In this document: piece after piece, positions 18,751 through 28,346 of the stretch | How positions within the stretch are numbered: the first letter of the stretch is position 1 | How the letters are laid out: every line of letters starts with the position of its first letter | Assembly (NCBI GenBank): GCA_047285535.1 | Contig: JBJBDC010000001.1 | Location: 2,560,136 to 2,624,135, forward strand | DNA: 64,000 nt | Direction of reading: 5' to 3' | From: Synechococcus sp. | Lineage (GTDB): Bacteria > Cyanobacteriota > Cyanobacteriia > PCC-6307 > Cyanobiaceae | Notes under the pieces: generated by a model | Seen by the model: only the letters and a program-made list of their open reading frames with translations | Told to the model about the DNA's origin: nothing | Database searches by the model: none | Made by a program: the position numbers and the translations under genes

Positions 18751-19978
18751 ATATTTGCCCCCTATTGACCTTCAAGTGGCTCTCACATTTCTTGGGTTTT
18801 TAGCTGCCTGGCCGATCTTTTTATTCGTAGGAGGTGGTGATGGACTCAGATTTTCGATGAGTGCCATTCCTTGGCGCGAGTGTTGGCTGGGTCTCCAATC
18901 CTGGACTGGAATCCCGGTTCCTTTGATTTTTCCTGTGTTGGTGGGAGCCTGTCTGTTCGCTGACCCCTGGCGGTCTCTGTTTGGGTTGGTGGGAGCATCT
19001 GCTTTTGCCGCACTGTTGATCAGTGCAGCTGGAATTTCGCGTGGCCTTCAGTTGATCATTCCTTTGGTTTGGTTGGCCTCAGTGCCTCGATGGAATTCGT
19101 CTTCATGGATGCCTTCGCTGCTGCGTGGTTGGTGGATAGGAGCTTTGTGTTTTGTGTTGTTGCAGTTATCTGGTGTTTGGTTTTCGACGGGCTCTCTATT
19201 AATGCGAGCGCGCGCGAGTCAAGTGGCAGGAGCTGCCGGCGACTGGGGTGTTGCAGAGTCCACCCGAATGTGGGGTTTATGTGTCTATCAAGCACTTATT
19301 AGTGTACCTGACTTGCTGATGTATTTGGCCACATTTTTGGCTTTAAAAACTCTGAGTACGATACTTGCGCACTCCCGCTACGGGTTGATTTGGGGTACTG
19401 CATGGATGGTGACTTTGATTGCAGCTTTCAACTCTGGAAGATCGTCAGTGATTCTGATTTTGTTGTTTCAATGGGTCGTTGCCTTCAGTCTTATTTTTGT
19501 CGGTCGATGCAGCCGTTTGCTGATGTTAGTGCCAAGCCTGCCTCTATTGGTACTATTGATGTATTGGGTGGCTTCGCTTAAACCCGTAGTGTTGGATCGA
19601 TTTCTATATAAAATTGGATCAAATCAACTGATGGATCGACTTCCGATCTGGGGAAATGTATCGGAAGCCCTTATCCAATCTCCTAAAATTCTGATGCAAG
19701 GAACTGCAGAATCGCCCCCAGGCACACACAGTTTGATTGGTGATTTGGTCGTGAAGGTTGGACTTCCTCTTGCCTTGGTTTACATCTTGTTTGTGATGGC
19801 TCTTGGTTGCGTCGCTTGGTCGAGTCTTGTCGCAAAATCAAGTGCATGGGCTAAAGCTGGTCTGGGGTTGCTCTTGATTGTTCCGCTTGTCCAGAACCTG
19901 ATTAATGCCAACCTTCTTCAGCCATACAGTTTTGGAAGCTTCCTATTGGCTGCTTTGGCGATTGTGAGCTTTGTATGA
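18743..19978 (+). CDS. Polytopic membrane protein, Wzy/O-antigen ligase-like
   Basis: About 10 hydrophobic segments, SGRS, DRLPIW and a G-T-H-S loop motif. Start taken at ATG 18743 (MNRYLPP). Confidence 0.55.
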   Translation: MNRYLPPIDLQVALTFLGFLAAWPIFLFVGGGDGLRFSMSAIPWRECWLGLQSWTGIPVPLIFPVLVGACLFADPWRSLFGLVGASAFAALLISAAGISRGLQLIIPLVWLASVPRWNSSSWMPSLLRGWWIGALCFVLLQLSGVWFSTGSLLMRARASQVAGAAGDWGVAESTRMWGLCVYQALISVPDLLMYLATFLALKTLSTILAHSRYGLIWGTAWMVTLIAAFNSGRSSVILILLFQWVVAFSLIFVGRCSRLLMLVPSLPLLVLLMYWVASLKPVVLDRFLYKIGSNQLMDRLPIWGNVSEALIQSPKILMQGTAESPPGTHSLIGDLVVKVGLPLALVYILFVMALGCVAWSSLVAKSSAWAKAGLGLLLIVPLVQNLINANLLQPYSFGSFLLAALAIVSFV

Positions 19979-22077
19979 GACAGATCGTCCAATCACTCTC
20001 TACTGGTCGAACCGAATTACTCGACCTTCCATCACCTGCGCTTAAACGTGGAGAAATTTTAATTCGCACAACGTGTTCCTTAGTGTCAGCGGGCACTGAG
20101 CGCATGCTGATTGATTTCGGTAAGGCCAGTTGGATCGATAAGGCTCGCCAGCAGCCAGACAAAGTGCAGCAGGTGCTTGAAAAAGCACGCACGGATGGGC
20201 TGATCACCACATTGGAGGCGGTTCGCAGCAAACTTGATCAACCCTTGCCTCTGGGTTATTGCAATGTGGGACATGTGGTGGCAGTTGGCGAGGATGTCCG
20301 TGGCTTTGATGTGGGTGATCGGGTCGCATCCAATGGCCCTCATGCCGAGCTGGTGGTTGTCCCGCATCGGCTTTGCGCGCTCATACCTGCAGAGGTTTCT
20401 GATGAGTCGGCGGCCTTCACGGTTTTGGCATCGATTGGCCTTCAAGGGATGCGTCTGGCGGAGCCCATGCTTGGCGAAACCTTTGTGGTTAGTGGTTTGG
20501 GGCTGATCGGTCAGCTCACTGCGCAGTTATTGACAGCTCAAGGCTGTTGCGTGCTGGGCTTAGACCCTGATCCGGAAAAAGTTGCCTTAGCCGAACGCCT
20601 TGGTGTCTCGGCTCTGGATCTGTCGAGTGGTCTTGACCCAGTGGCCTGGAGTCTTGATCGAACTCATGGTGTTGGTGTGGATGGTGTCTTAATCACAGCA
20701 ACCACAGCATCAAGTGAGCCAGTGCATGTGGCGGCCGAAGCGTGCAGGCAGCGTGGCCGCATCGTTTTGGTCGGCGTCACAGGCCTGGAGCTACGCCGTG
20801 ATCTGTTTTACAAAAAGGAGTTGTCTTTTCAGGTGAGCTGTTCCTATGGACCTGGTCGCTATGACTCGGCCTATGAGCAATTGGGGCACGATTACCCAAT
20901 TGGTTTTGTTCGTTGGACAGAACAACGCAATTTCCAGGCGGTCTTGCATGCGCTGGCAACAGGCTCAGTCAGCACTGAAGCGCTCATTTCCCACCGCTTT
21001 CCCATTGAGCAAGCGAGCGAGGCCTACGACTTGCTGACCGGTTCCGAACCTTCGCTGGGCATCTTGCTGACCTATCCAGGCAGTGCGGACGTTCAGCAGC
21101 GCATCATTACCCTGCCCAATGATTCATCCAAGCGAAAGAACTCTCCACAGCCGCACTTGGGGGTGATTGGTGCTGGCAACTATTCGAGTCGAATTCTGCT
21201 CCCCGCCTTTGCCAAGGTTGGAGCTCGTTTCCATACCTTGGTTGGTTCGAGTGGGCTAGCTCCTGCCCTGATGGGCCGCAAATTCGGTTTCCGCCAAGCC
21301 AGTACCAATGTGTCTTCGCTTCTAGATGATTCCTGTTGCAGCACTGTGGTGATCGCTACTCGTCACGACAGCCATGCTGAATTGGTACTGCAGGCCTTGG
21401 CTGCTGGTAAGCATGTGTTCGTGGAAAAACCTCTTTGCCTGACGTTAGAGGAACTCAGTGCAATTGAAGCGTCTCACTCTGGAGAACAACTGCTGATGGT
21501 TGGGTACAACCGACGTTTTGCCCCTCTCGTACATGAGCTTCAAAAGCAGCTGAAACAGCTCAGTGGACCTATGGCGCTTATTTACACCTGCAATGCAGGC
21601 TCTATTCCTGCCGATCATTGGACCCAGGACCCCTCTTTAGGTGGTGGCCGTTTGTTGGGAGAAGCTTGCCACTTTGTTGATTTGATGCGTTGTCTTGTTG
21701 CCAGTCCCATTGATGATTTGAAGCTCAGCACTGCTGCCGACAACAAACCTTGTCCCGATACATTTTCACTGCAACTTCAATTCGCAGAGGGCTCGATCGC
21801 TACCGTCCATTACTTTGCTAATGGAAATAAGTCGTTCCCCAAGGAAAGACTTGAGGTTTTTGCGGCTGGTAAGGTTCTTCAGCTTGAGAATTACCGCAAG
21901 CTTCGGGCCTGGGGTATTCCAGGGTTTCAGACCCGACGCAGTCCCTCACAGAACAAAGGTCAGGTGTCTTGCTGTGCTGCTTTTTTGAAAGCTATCGAAA
22001 CAGGAGGTCCTGCGCCGATTCCATTCCACGAGATTGTTGAGGTACAGCGATGGTTGTTGCAAGCGCTTCAGCCTTGA
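19975..22077 (+). CDS. Bi-domain oxidoreductase (Zn-ADH-like + Gfo/Idh/MocA), WeeE-like
   Basis: SLVSAGTERML, LPLGYCNVG, GLGLIGQL, SCSYGPGRYD, RWTEQRN, then GAGNY, HVFVEKPL, VGYNRRFAP, GGRLLGEACHFVD. Confidence 0.88.
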   Translation: MRQIVQSLSTGRTELLDLPSPALKRGEILIRTTCSLVSAGTERMLIDFGKASWIDKARQQPDKVQQVLEKARTDGLITTLEAVRSKLDQPLPLGYCNVGHVVAVGEDVRGFDVGDRVASNGPHAELVVVPHRLCALIPAEVSDESAAFTVLASIGLQGMRLAEPMLGETFVVSGLGLIGQLTAQLLTAQGCCVLGLDPDPEKVALAERLGVSALDLSSGLDPVAWSLDRTHGVGVDGVLITATTASSEPVHVAAEACRQRGRIVLVGVTGLELRRDLFYKKELSFQVSCSYGPGRYDSAYEQLGHDYPIGFVRWTEQRNFQAVLHALATGSVSTEALISHRFPIEQASEAYDLLTGSEPSLGILLTYPGSADVQQRIITLPNDSSKRKNSPQPHLGVIGAGNYSSRILLPAFAKVGARFHTLVGSSGLAPALMGRKFGFRQASTNVSSLLDDSCCSTVVIATRHDSHAELVLQALAAGKHVFVEKPLCLTLEELSAIEASHSGEQLLMVGYNRRFAPLVHELQKQLKQLSGPMALIYTCNAGSIPADHWTQDPSLGGGRLLGEACHFVDLMRCLVASPIDDLKLSTAADNKPCPDTFSLQLQFAEGSIATVHYFANGNKSFPKERLEVFAAGKVLQLENYRKLRAWGIPGFQTRRSPSQNKGQVSCCAAFLKAIETGGPAPIPFHEIVEVQRWLLQALQP

Positions 22078-23126
22078 CGTTTCTCGCACGGTTTGATTCG
22101 TTCCGCCTCAGTCGTCACAACCTCTTTGATTGGGTGCGTCTTTATGCAGCCATTCAGGTGTTGATGGTGCATGGACAAAATCATCTGGGTTGGTCATTGC
22201 CGGTTTGGTTTGGGGCTTTCAGTTTTCTGCCAGGGGTGCCAATTTTTTTCTCCATAAGTGGTTTCTTAATCGGTCTCTCTTGGCTTCGCTTGAGTCATAA
22301 CTGGAGGGTTTATGCGTGGAACCGCGCATTGCGAATATTTCCGGCTCTCTGGTTTTGCTTCCTTGTTACTCTTTTGCTTCTCTGGATCGCAGGCGAGAAA
22401 CAGTTTTTACTTTCGCCTCAAGGCGCGTTCTGGATTATTGCACAGGTTTCGGTGGTGCAGTTCTTCAATCCTGAGGCTCTTCGTGGCTTCGGGGTTGGGG
22501 TTGTCAATGGCAGTCTTTGGACCATTCCTGTTGAGATTCAATTCTACATCGCTTTGCCATTGTTGTTGGCTTTTGGGATGCGTTTTAAGCGATTTGTTCG
22601 CCCATGGTTATGGCTTCTCATGGTTGGTATTGTTTCCTATTGCATATGGTTGGCAATTCCTGGTTTAGCGGCTGGCGATTTGTTGATGAGTAAAATAATA
22701 AAGGTAAGTTTATTGCCTCATTTGTTTCAGTTTTTGCTTGGTTTTGCCTTGGTTCCATTGCTTGTTATTTGGGGCCAAATGGTTACTGTTCGCATCCTTT
22801 TGGTGATGTCTGTTGTACTGATTTTTGTCGTCACGTCTTCAGGTGCATCATCGCTTTGGCTTCGGCCACTGCTCTGGGCATGCCTTCCAATTGGTATCGG
22901 CTTGATTCCTTGTCAGTTCATCCGCATTCCGGATTTGTCATATGGCCTATATTTATTTCACATGCCAGTAATCAATTTTCTTGTTTTTTTAGGAATTTTG
23001 GGCTCGCAAAGTCTGGTTCCATGTTTAACTGCTGTGGTCATATTTTCTTTCATTTCCTGGCATTGTGTTGAAAGGCCTGCTTTGTCTTTGAAAAGTGTTT
23101 TTCAAGCTGTCTCTCCTACTGCTTGA
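22074..23126 (+). CDS. Acyltransferase family 3 (OafA-like O-acetyltransferase)
   Basis: FDWVR..AA..V.H, GVPIFFSISGFL, NRALRIFP, NGSLWTIPVEIQFY, DLSYGLYLFHMPV, SWHCVERP. Start placed at the TTGA overlap. Confidence 0.88.
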   Translation: MTFLARFDSFRLSRHNLFDWVRLYAAIQVLMVHGQNHLGWSLPVWFGAFSFLPGVPIFFSISGFLIGLSWLRLSHNWRVYAWNRALRIFPALWFCFLVTLLLLWIAGEKQFLLSPQGAFWIIAQVSVVQFFNPEALRGFGVGVVNGSLWTIPVEIQFYIALPLLLAFGMRFKRFVRPWLWLLMVGIVSYCIWLAIPGLAAGDLLMSKIIKVSLLPHLFQFLLGFALVPLLVIWGQMVTVRILLVMSVVLIFVVTSSGASSLWLRPLLWACLPIGIGLIPCQFIRIPDLSYGLYLFHMPVINFLVFLGILGSQSLVPCLTAVVIFSFISWHCVERPALSLKSVFQAVSPTA

Positions 23127-23138
23127 AGGTTTTGTCTA

Positions 23139-24359
23139 ATGACATCTGTTTGTTTGCTTGGTCTCGGTTATATCGGTCTTCCAACAGCAGCAGTTTTGGC
23201 TGGTGCTGGACATTGCGTGACTGGGGTTGATGTCAATGCTCAGGTTGTTGAAACTGTCAATGCGGGTCGAATTCATATCGTTGAGCCTGATCTTGATCAA
23301 GCGGTTGCTGATGTAGTGAGCTCTGGCATGCTCACCGCTCAGCTTCAGCCCAGCCCTGCAGAAGTGTTTCTCATTGCAGTGCCTACACCGTTTCGTCTGG
23401 GAGCCGATGATCTTCCTCAGCCAAATATTGACTATGTGCTATCCGCCGCGAGGGCCGTCGCTCCGGTTCTTCAGCCTGGAAATCTTGTGTTGCTTGAGTC
23501 AACCTCGCCTGTGGGCACTACCGAACTGTTGGCCAAAGTGCTTTCTGAGGTTTCTGGTCTGAGGGCTGATCAGCTTCATGTGGCCTACTGCCCTGAGCGG
23601 GTTCTTCCAGGTCGCATCCTGCACGAGCTCATTGGCAATGATCGGGTGATCGGTGGTTTGTCTCCGGCTGCCGCCAAGGCCGGAAAAATTTTTTATGCCT
23701 CGTTTTGTAAGGGGCAGCTTCTTCAAACAACAGCACGCACTGCTGAATTAGTGAAGCTCACAGAAAATGCTTTCCGTGATGTCAACATTGCGTTCGCTAA
23801 TGAGCTCTCATTGGTTTGCGATCAACTGAAGGTGAATGTGCGTGAGTTGATTCGGCTGGCCAATCATCATCCGCGTGTGAATATTTTGCAGCCGGGCTGT
23901 GGTGTTGGCGGTCATTGCATTGCGGTAGATCCCTGGTTCATTGCTTCGGCAGCTCCTGAATGCACGCCTTTGATTCAGGAGGCTCGTCGCGTCAACGATG
24001 GCAAGAGCCGCTGGGTGATTGAACAGGTGCAGGTTCGTGCGGCTGCTTTGCAGGATGAGTTGGGTCGTCCTCCAAAGATTGGCTGCCTTGGTCTTTCGTT
24101 CAAGCCGGATGTGGATGACTTGCGTGAATCTCCGGCCTTGCACATCACCACGGAGCTTCTTGTTGCTGGCTTGGATGTGTTGGCTTGTGAGCCGAATCTT
24201 CAGGATCACTCCACGATCAAGCTCCATTCCCTCGAGCATGTTTTGGCTGAAGCAGACCTATTGGTCTTTCTCGTGGCTCATACCCCTTTCAAAGGCTTGT
24301 TATTAAAAGACAGATCTGTCTTCGACCTTTGCGGGGTCACCGATCAGAACGACGTGTGA
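23139..24359 (+). CDS. wecC: UDP-N-acetyl-D-mannosamine dehydrogenase
   Basis: GLGYIGLPTA, IHIVEPDL, IAVPTP, ESTSPVGTT, CPERVLPG, KLTENAFRDVNIAFANE, GVGGHCIAVDPWF. Confidence 0.9.
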   Translation: MTSVCLLGLGYIGLPTAAVLAGAGHCVTGVDVNAQVVETVNAGRIHIVEPDLDQAVADVVSSGMLTAQLQPSPAEVFLIAVPTPFRLGADDLPQPNIDYVLSAARAVAPVLQPGNLVLLESTSPVGTTELLAKVLSEVSGLRADQLHVAYCPERVLPGRILHELIGNDRVIGGLSPAAAKAGKIFYASFCKGQLLQTTARTAELVKLTENAFRDVNIAFANELSLVCDQLKVNVRELIRLANHHPRVNILQPGCGVGGHCIAVDPWFIASAAPECTPLIQEARRVNDGKSRWVIEQVQVRAAALQDELGRPPKIGCLGLSFKPDVDDLRESPALHITTELLVAGLDVLACEPNLQDHSTIKLHSLEHVLAEADLLVFLVAHTPFKGLLLKDRSVFDLCGVTDQNDV

Positions 24360-26233
24360 TCCTTTCAGGCAACGGGGCCTCAAAAGCACGCCTTTTTCAC
24401 ACCCTGCGTGATATTGGCCCAAGGAGGCTTCAACGCCGCGTTCGTTATGAACTGCGCCAGCGTCTTGATCGCCGCTTGCCTTCTTCTGTTTCCGCATGGC
24501 TGGCTGGACTGAACAACGAGGAGCTTGGCTGGGGCCTCTCCCTGCAGGATCTTCAGGCCGCTGATCTTGGTGGAAGCACTCAATCACTGACGCAGCCAGG
24601 CTCGATTCATTTCTTGTTCCTTAATCAGCCCCGTGAATTGCTGTGGCCCATTTGTTGGCACGATGAAGATTGGCCTCGACTTTGGCAGTTTCACCTTCAC
24701 TACTTTGATTGGGCCAGGGAATGGTTAGAGAGTGCTTTGGCATCAGGCCGTTGGCCTGATGAAGCCTCTGCCTTAGAGCTGCTGATCGATCGATGGATTG
24801 CTGCGAACCCATGTGGGCGTGGCGATGGATGGCACAGCTACACCCTCTCTCTCCGAATTCGCAACTGGGTTTGGTTGTTTCGGAGTGCTCCACACTTGGC
24901 CTCATCAGATCGATTGCAGTCGCTTTGGCAGCAATTGTGTTGGCTGCAAGCGCATCCGGAGTCTTGCCATGGCGGCAATCATTGGCTGGAAAACCTTCTT
25001 GCACTCGCCATTGGCAGCCTGCAGTTTGTTGGTCTAAGAGCAGAAGCGATGCAGCGTCGCTCGTTGAAGTTGTTGAAGCGGGAAATATGCAGTCAGGTTT
25101 TGGCTGATGGTGGTCATCAAGAACGCTCTGCGGCTTATCACCTCTTGATGCTGGATCGCTTGGTGGAGATGGGATGTGTCTTGATGGCGACTCGGGGAAA
25201 GAGTCCTGATTGGCTGAAGCAATCGATCGATGCCATGGCGACATGGGCTGCTGATGTTCGTCTGGAAGGCGGTCATTTCCCGCGCTTTAACGACAGTGCC
25301 GAGGATGGTGCTCCACCTCTGGATGAAGTGGTTGCCTTTGCTGATGCCTTTCGTTCGCAAAATCCAGCAAAAGCGTTCTCTAGTGGGTGGCCTCATTCTG
25401 GTTTGCGCCGCAAGTTGTTGACCGCTTCTGTTGGGGCGGAGGGAGTCCGAGCTCTCTTAACTCCTGAACAAACCTTCACTCATGCTGTAATTAAGGATCT
25501 TCCTGAGACAGGGTGGACGTTTCTACGCCCAGGGCAAGGATGGGAATTGGTATTCAAATGTGGTGTGCCCTGTCCACCGCATCTCCCAGCGCATGTGCAC
25601 TCTGACCAACTCAGTTTTGAACTCATGCATAAAGGGCAATGGGTTTTCAGCGAAGCTGGAACTAGCCTTTACGGCAACGGTGAGCAGAGGGCATTTGAAC
25701 GTTCTGGTGCGGCACATAACCAGCTCCAGCTAGGCGTTCCCAACGCTTGTGGTGAGGTGGATTGGCTTGAGCCGGTGGAGGTCTGGGGTGGTTTTCGAGC
25801 AGGCCGCAAATCCAAGCCGCGTTTTCGCGACTGTGGTGAGTTGCCTGGCGGAGGGTGTTTTGTGGCTGGCGCTCACGATGGCTTTGACGCCATAGGGGCG
25901 AGTCATCTTCGCCGGATCGAGCTTCGTGAAGCTGCCTCGAACCATCTCTCGATCACTGTTTTGGATCTCGTCAAAACCAAGGTCCCTTTGCACGTTCGCC
26001 AGTGGTGGCATTTGGCTCCTGATTTGGACAAGACCCTCCTGGATGGCTTGAGATTTGATCTCTCTAATGCTGATCAGATCTATGCGAATTGGACCACGAC
26101 GACCTTTGCTCAAGGTTTCGGCCAGCGTGTGCCAAGGCACAGTTTTTGTTTGCGTGGTCTCTTGCCTCCAGGCGAGCATCGTCTACGTGTAGACCTTCCG
26201 GTTACTGCTCCAAATCCTGCTCTGCCGATCTGA
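24356..26233 (+). CDS. Heparinase II/III-family protein (WeeF-like)
   Basis: LWQFHLHYFD, SLRIRNW, GGNHWLENL, DGGHQERSAAYH, AHVHSDQLSFEL, AHN, EVWGGFRAGR. GTGA overlap start. Confidence 0.85.
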   Translation: MILSGNGASKARLFHTLRDIGPRRLQRRVRYELRQRLDRRLPSSVSAWLAGLNNEELGWGLSLQDLQAADLGGSTQSLTQPGSIHFLFLNQPRELLWPICWHDEDWPRLWQFHLHYFDWAREWLESALASGRWPDEASALELLIDRWIAANPCGRGDGWHSYTLSLRIRNWVWLFRSAPHLASSDRLQSLWQQLCWLQAHPESCHGGNHWLENLLALAIGSLQFVGLRAEAMQRRSLKLLKREICSQVLADGGHQERSAAYHLLMLDRLVEMGCVLMATRGKSPDWLKQSIDAMATWAADVRLEGGHFPRFNDSAEDGAPPLDEVVAFADAFRSQNPAKAFSSGWPHSGLRRKLLTASVGAEGVRALLTPEQTFTHAVIKDLPETGWTFLRPGQGWELVFKCGVPCPPHLPAHVHSDQLSFELMHKGQWVFSEAGTSLYGNGEQRAFERSGAAHNQLQLGVPNACGEVDWLEPVEVWGGFRAGRKSKPRFRDCGELPGGGCFVAGAHDGFDAIGASHLRRIELREAASNHLSITVLDLVKTKVPLHVRQWWHLAPDLDKTLLDGLRFDLSNADQIYANWTTTTFAQGFGQRVPRHSFCLRGLLPPGEHRLRVDLPVTAPNPALPI

Positions 26234-27459
26234 TGCCCAAACTCTGGCTAATCAATCAGTTTGCAAATACGCCAGAGCTTCCGGGTCACACGCGTCAATA
26301 CGAAGTGGCTGCAGGCCTGGTGGGCTTCGGTTGGCAGGTGGAGGTGTTTGCGTCCGATTTCAATCTCACGCAGCGTCTGTACAGGCGTCTCCGTTTTCCC
26401 CGTTTGTGGTGTGTTGAGCGTCCTGCTGGTATCCGCTGGATTTGGTTGTGGGTGTCCCCGTATCGACGCAATAACTGGAAGCGTCAGCTCAACATGCTCA
26501 GCTTCTGTCTGCATCTAGGTTTGCGCCTCTTGCCTGTCGCTTTGTGGGGTCGGCTAAGGGGTCAGGGGCCTGATGTGATCGTGGCTAGCTCGCCCCAGCT
26601 TCCAGCTGCATATACGTTGCTATTGATTGCTCGACTGGCTGCCGTTCCTTTTGTTTTGGAGGTGCGTGACCTCTGGCCTCAGGTGCTCATCGATCAAGGC
26701 GGAAAAAGTAAAACGAGCCTGATGGTGATGATGCTTGGTTGGATGGAGCGCCAGCTTTACCGGAAGTCACGCTGCGTAGTGGTGTTAGCAAAAGGCGCTG
26801 AGTCTTTTGTGTGCAAACGCGGAGCAAAAACAACGTTCTGGCTTCCCAACGGCCCAGATCTGGAGTTGTTTGCTCCGCGGCCCTTGCCTCCAGATCGTGC
26901 TGTCTTCACTGTCCTGTATGCCGGTGCCCATGGCGAGGCCAATGCTTTGGACAACGTGCTTGTGGCTGCCCGCTTGTTGGAGTCTTGTCAATCCTCTATT
27001 CGCTTCCGCTTTATTGGTGATGGTCCAGAGAAACAGGCGCTGGTGAAGCAGGCACGCGACCTGAAGTCGGTGTCGTTTGAGGATCCTGTCCCAAAAGCTC
27101 AAATACCAGCCTTGATGGCGGAGTCGGATGCGATGTTGCTGTCTTTGCGTGATGTGCCGTTATTCCGCTACGGCGTGTCTCCAAACAAGCTTTATGACGC
27201 CTATGCCTTGGGACGTCCAGTGATTACGACAGTTGCAGGAGCCATTAATCAGGAAGTGGAGGAGCATGGCCTTGGAGTGACGGCCTCACCCGGTGATCCC
27301 GAAGAACTCGCTGCTGCGATTCTGCGTTTAGCCCAGATGTCCCAGAGCGAGCGTCAGGCGATGGGCACCAGAGGAACTCTTCTGGCAAGAACCACGTATT
27401 CCCGTCAGAGGATCAATGCCCAATATGACGCCGTCTTACGAGAGGTGGTCGGTTCATGA
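26233..27459 (+). CDS. GT4 glycosyltransferase, WbuB-like
   Basis: SSPQL, LEVRDLWP, LPNG, YAGAHG.AN, IGDGPEK, SPNKLYDAYALGRPV. TGATG coupling. Confidence 0.88.
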   Translation: MPKLWLINQFANTPELPGHTRQYEVAAGLVGFGWQVEVFASDFNLTQRLYRRLRFPRLWCVERPAGIRWIWLWVSPYRRNNWKRQLNMLSFCLHLGLRLLPVALWGRLRGQGPDVIVASSPQLPAAYTLLLIARLAAVPFVLEVRDLWPQVLIDQGGKSKTSLMVMMLGWMERQLYRKSRCVVVLAKGAESFVCKRGAKTTFWLPNGPDLELFAPRPLPPDRAVFTVLYAGAHGEANALDNVLVAARLLESCQSSIRFRFIGDGPEKQALVKQARDLKSVSFEDPVPKAQIPALMAESDAMLLSLRDVPLFRYGVSPNKLYDAYALGRPVITTVAGAINQEVEEHGLGVTASPGDPEELAAAILRLAQMSQSERQAMGTRGTLLARTTYSRQRINAQYDAVLREVVGS

Positions 27460-28346
27460 CGATTGCTGTTTCGGGTGGAAATGGATTCACAGGTCGGTTT
27501 GTTTGTGCTGAATTGCAACGCCGTCAGCAATCTTTCATTGCTGTATTGCGTCCTGGCAGTGATGCCTCATGGATGGAAGCCCATCGGATCCCTGTTCGCT
27601 TCGCTGATCTGAATCAAGCAGTGCAGCTTGCCGAACAACTTCGTGGATGTAGGGCCCTTTTAAATGTTGCTTCGATTGGTTTCGGGGCTGCACCAGCCAT
27701 TATTGAGGCCTGTCAGGTTGCTGGTGTTCAACGTGCCGTGTTTGTGAGCACGACAGCGATTTTTACCCAGCTCAATGCTGGATCTAAAGCCGTTAGGCAA
27801 GCTGCAGAATCCGCTATCACAAGCAGTGATCTTGACACCACGATCCTTCGGCCAACCATGATTTATGGCACGCCAGGGGATCGCAATATGATTCGTCTGG
27901 TGCGTTGGCTGGATCGCTATCCGTTGCTTCCGGTTTTTGGTAATGGACGATCTTTGCAACAGCCGGTGCATGTTTCCGATGTTGCCTGGGCTTTGGTTCA
28001 GGTACTGGAGTCCTCACAAGCGATTGGCCGACAGTTCAATCTTTCAGGCTTAGAAGCGCTGAGTTTTAATGAGGTTGTGAGAATCACGGCCAAGATTCTT
28101 GGTCGTCGGGTTCATCGTTTTCATATCCCTTCCCAGCCGATGGTTGCTTTGCTTCAGTTTGCCGAAAGTATAAACATCAAACTACCAATCAAGTCAGAGC
28201 AAATTCTTCGACTTAATGAAGATAAATCCTTCTCACATCTTGAGGCTAAAAAAACATTTGGTTACAGGCCGAAGAGTTTTGAGGAGGGAATAAGGGATGA
28301 AGTTTCACTATTTCGTATTGGTGGGGATGGCTTGAAATGGTACTGA
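27456..28346 (+). CDS. NAD-dependent epimerase/reductase (atypical SDR)
   Basis: SGGNGFTG, ASIGFG, LRPTMIYG, QQPVHVSDVA. Confidence 0.8.
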   Translation: MTIAVSGGNGFTGRFVCAELQRRQQSFIAVLRPGSDASWMEAHRIPVRFADLNQAVQLAEQLRGCRALLNVASIGFGAAPAIIEACQVAGVQRAVFVSTTAIFTQLNAGSKAVRQAAESAITSSDLDTTILRPTMIYGTPGDRNMIRLVRWLDRYPLLPVFGNGRSLQQPVHVSDVAWALVQVLESSQAIGRQFNLSGLEALSFNEVVRITAKILGRRVHRFHIPSQPMVALLQFAESINIKLPIKSEQILRLNEDKSFSHLEAKKTFGYRPKSFEEGIRDEVSLFRIGGDGLKWY

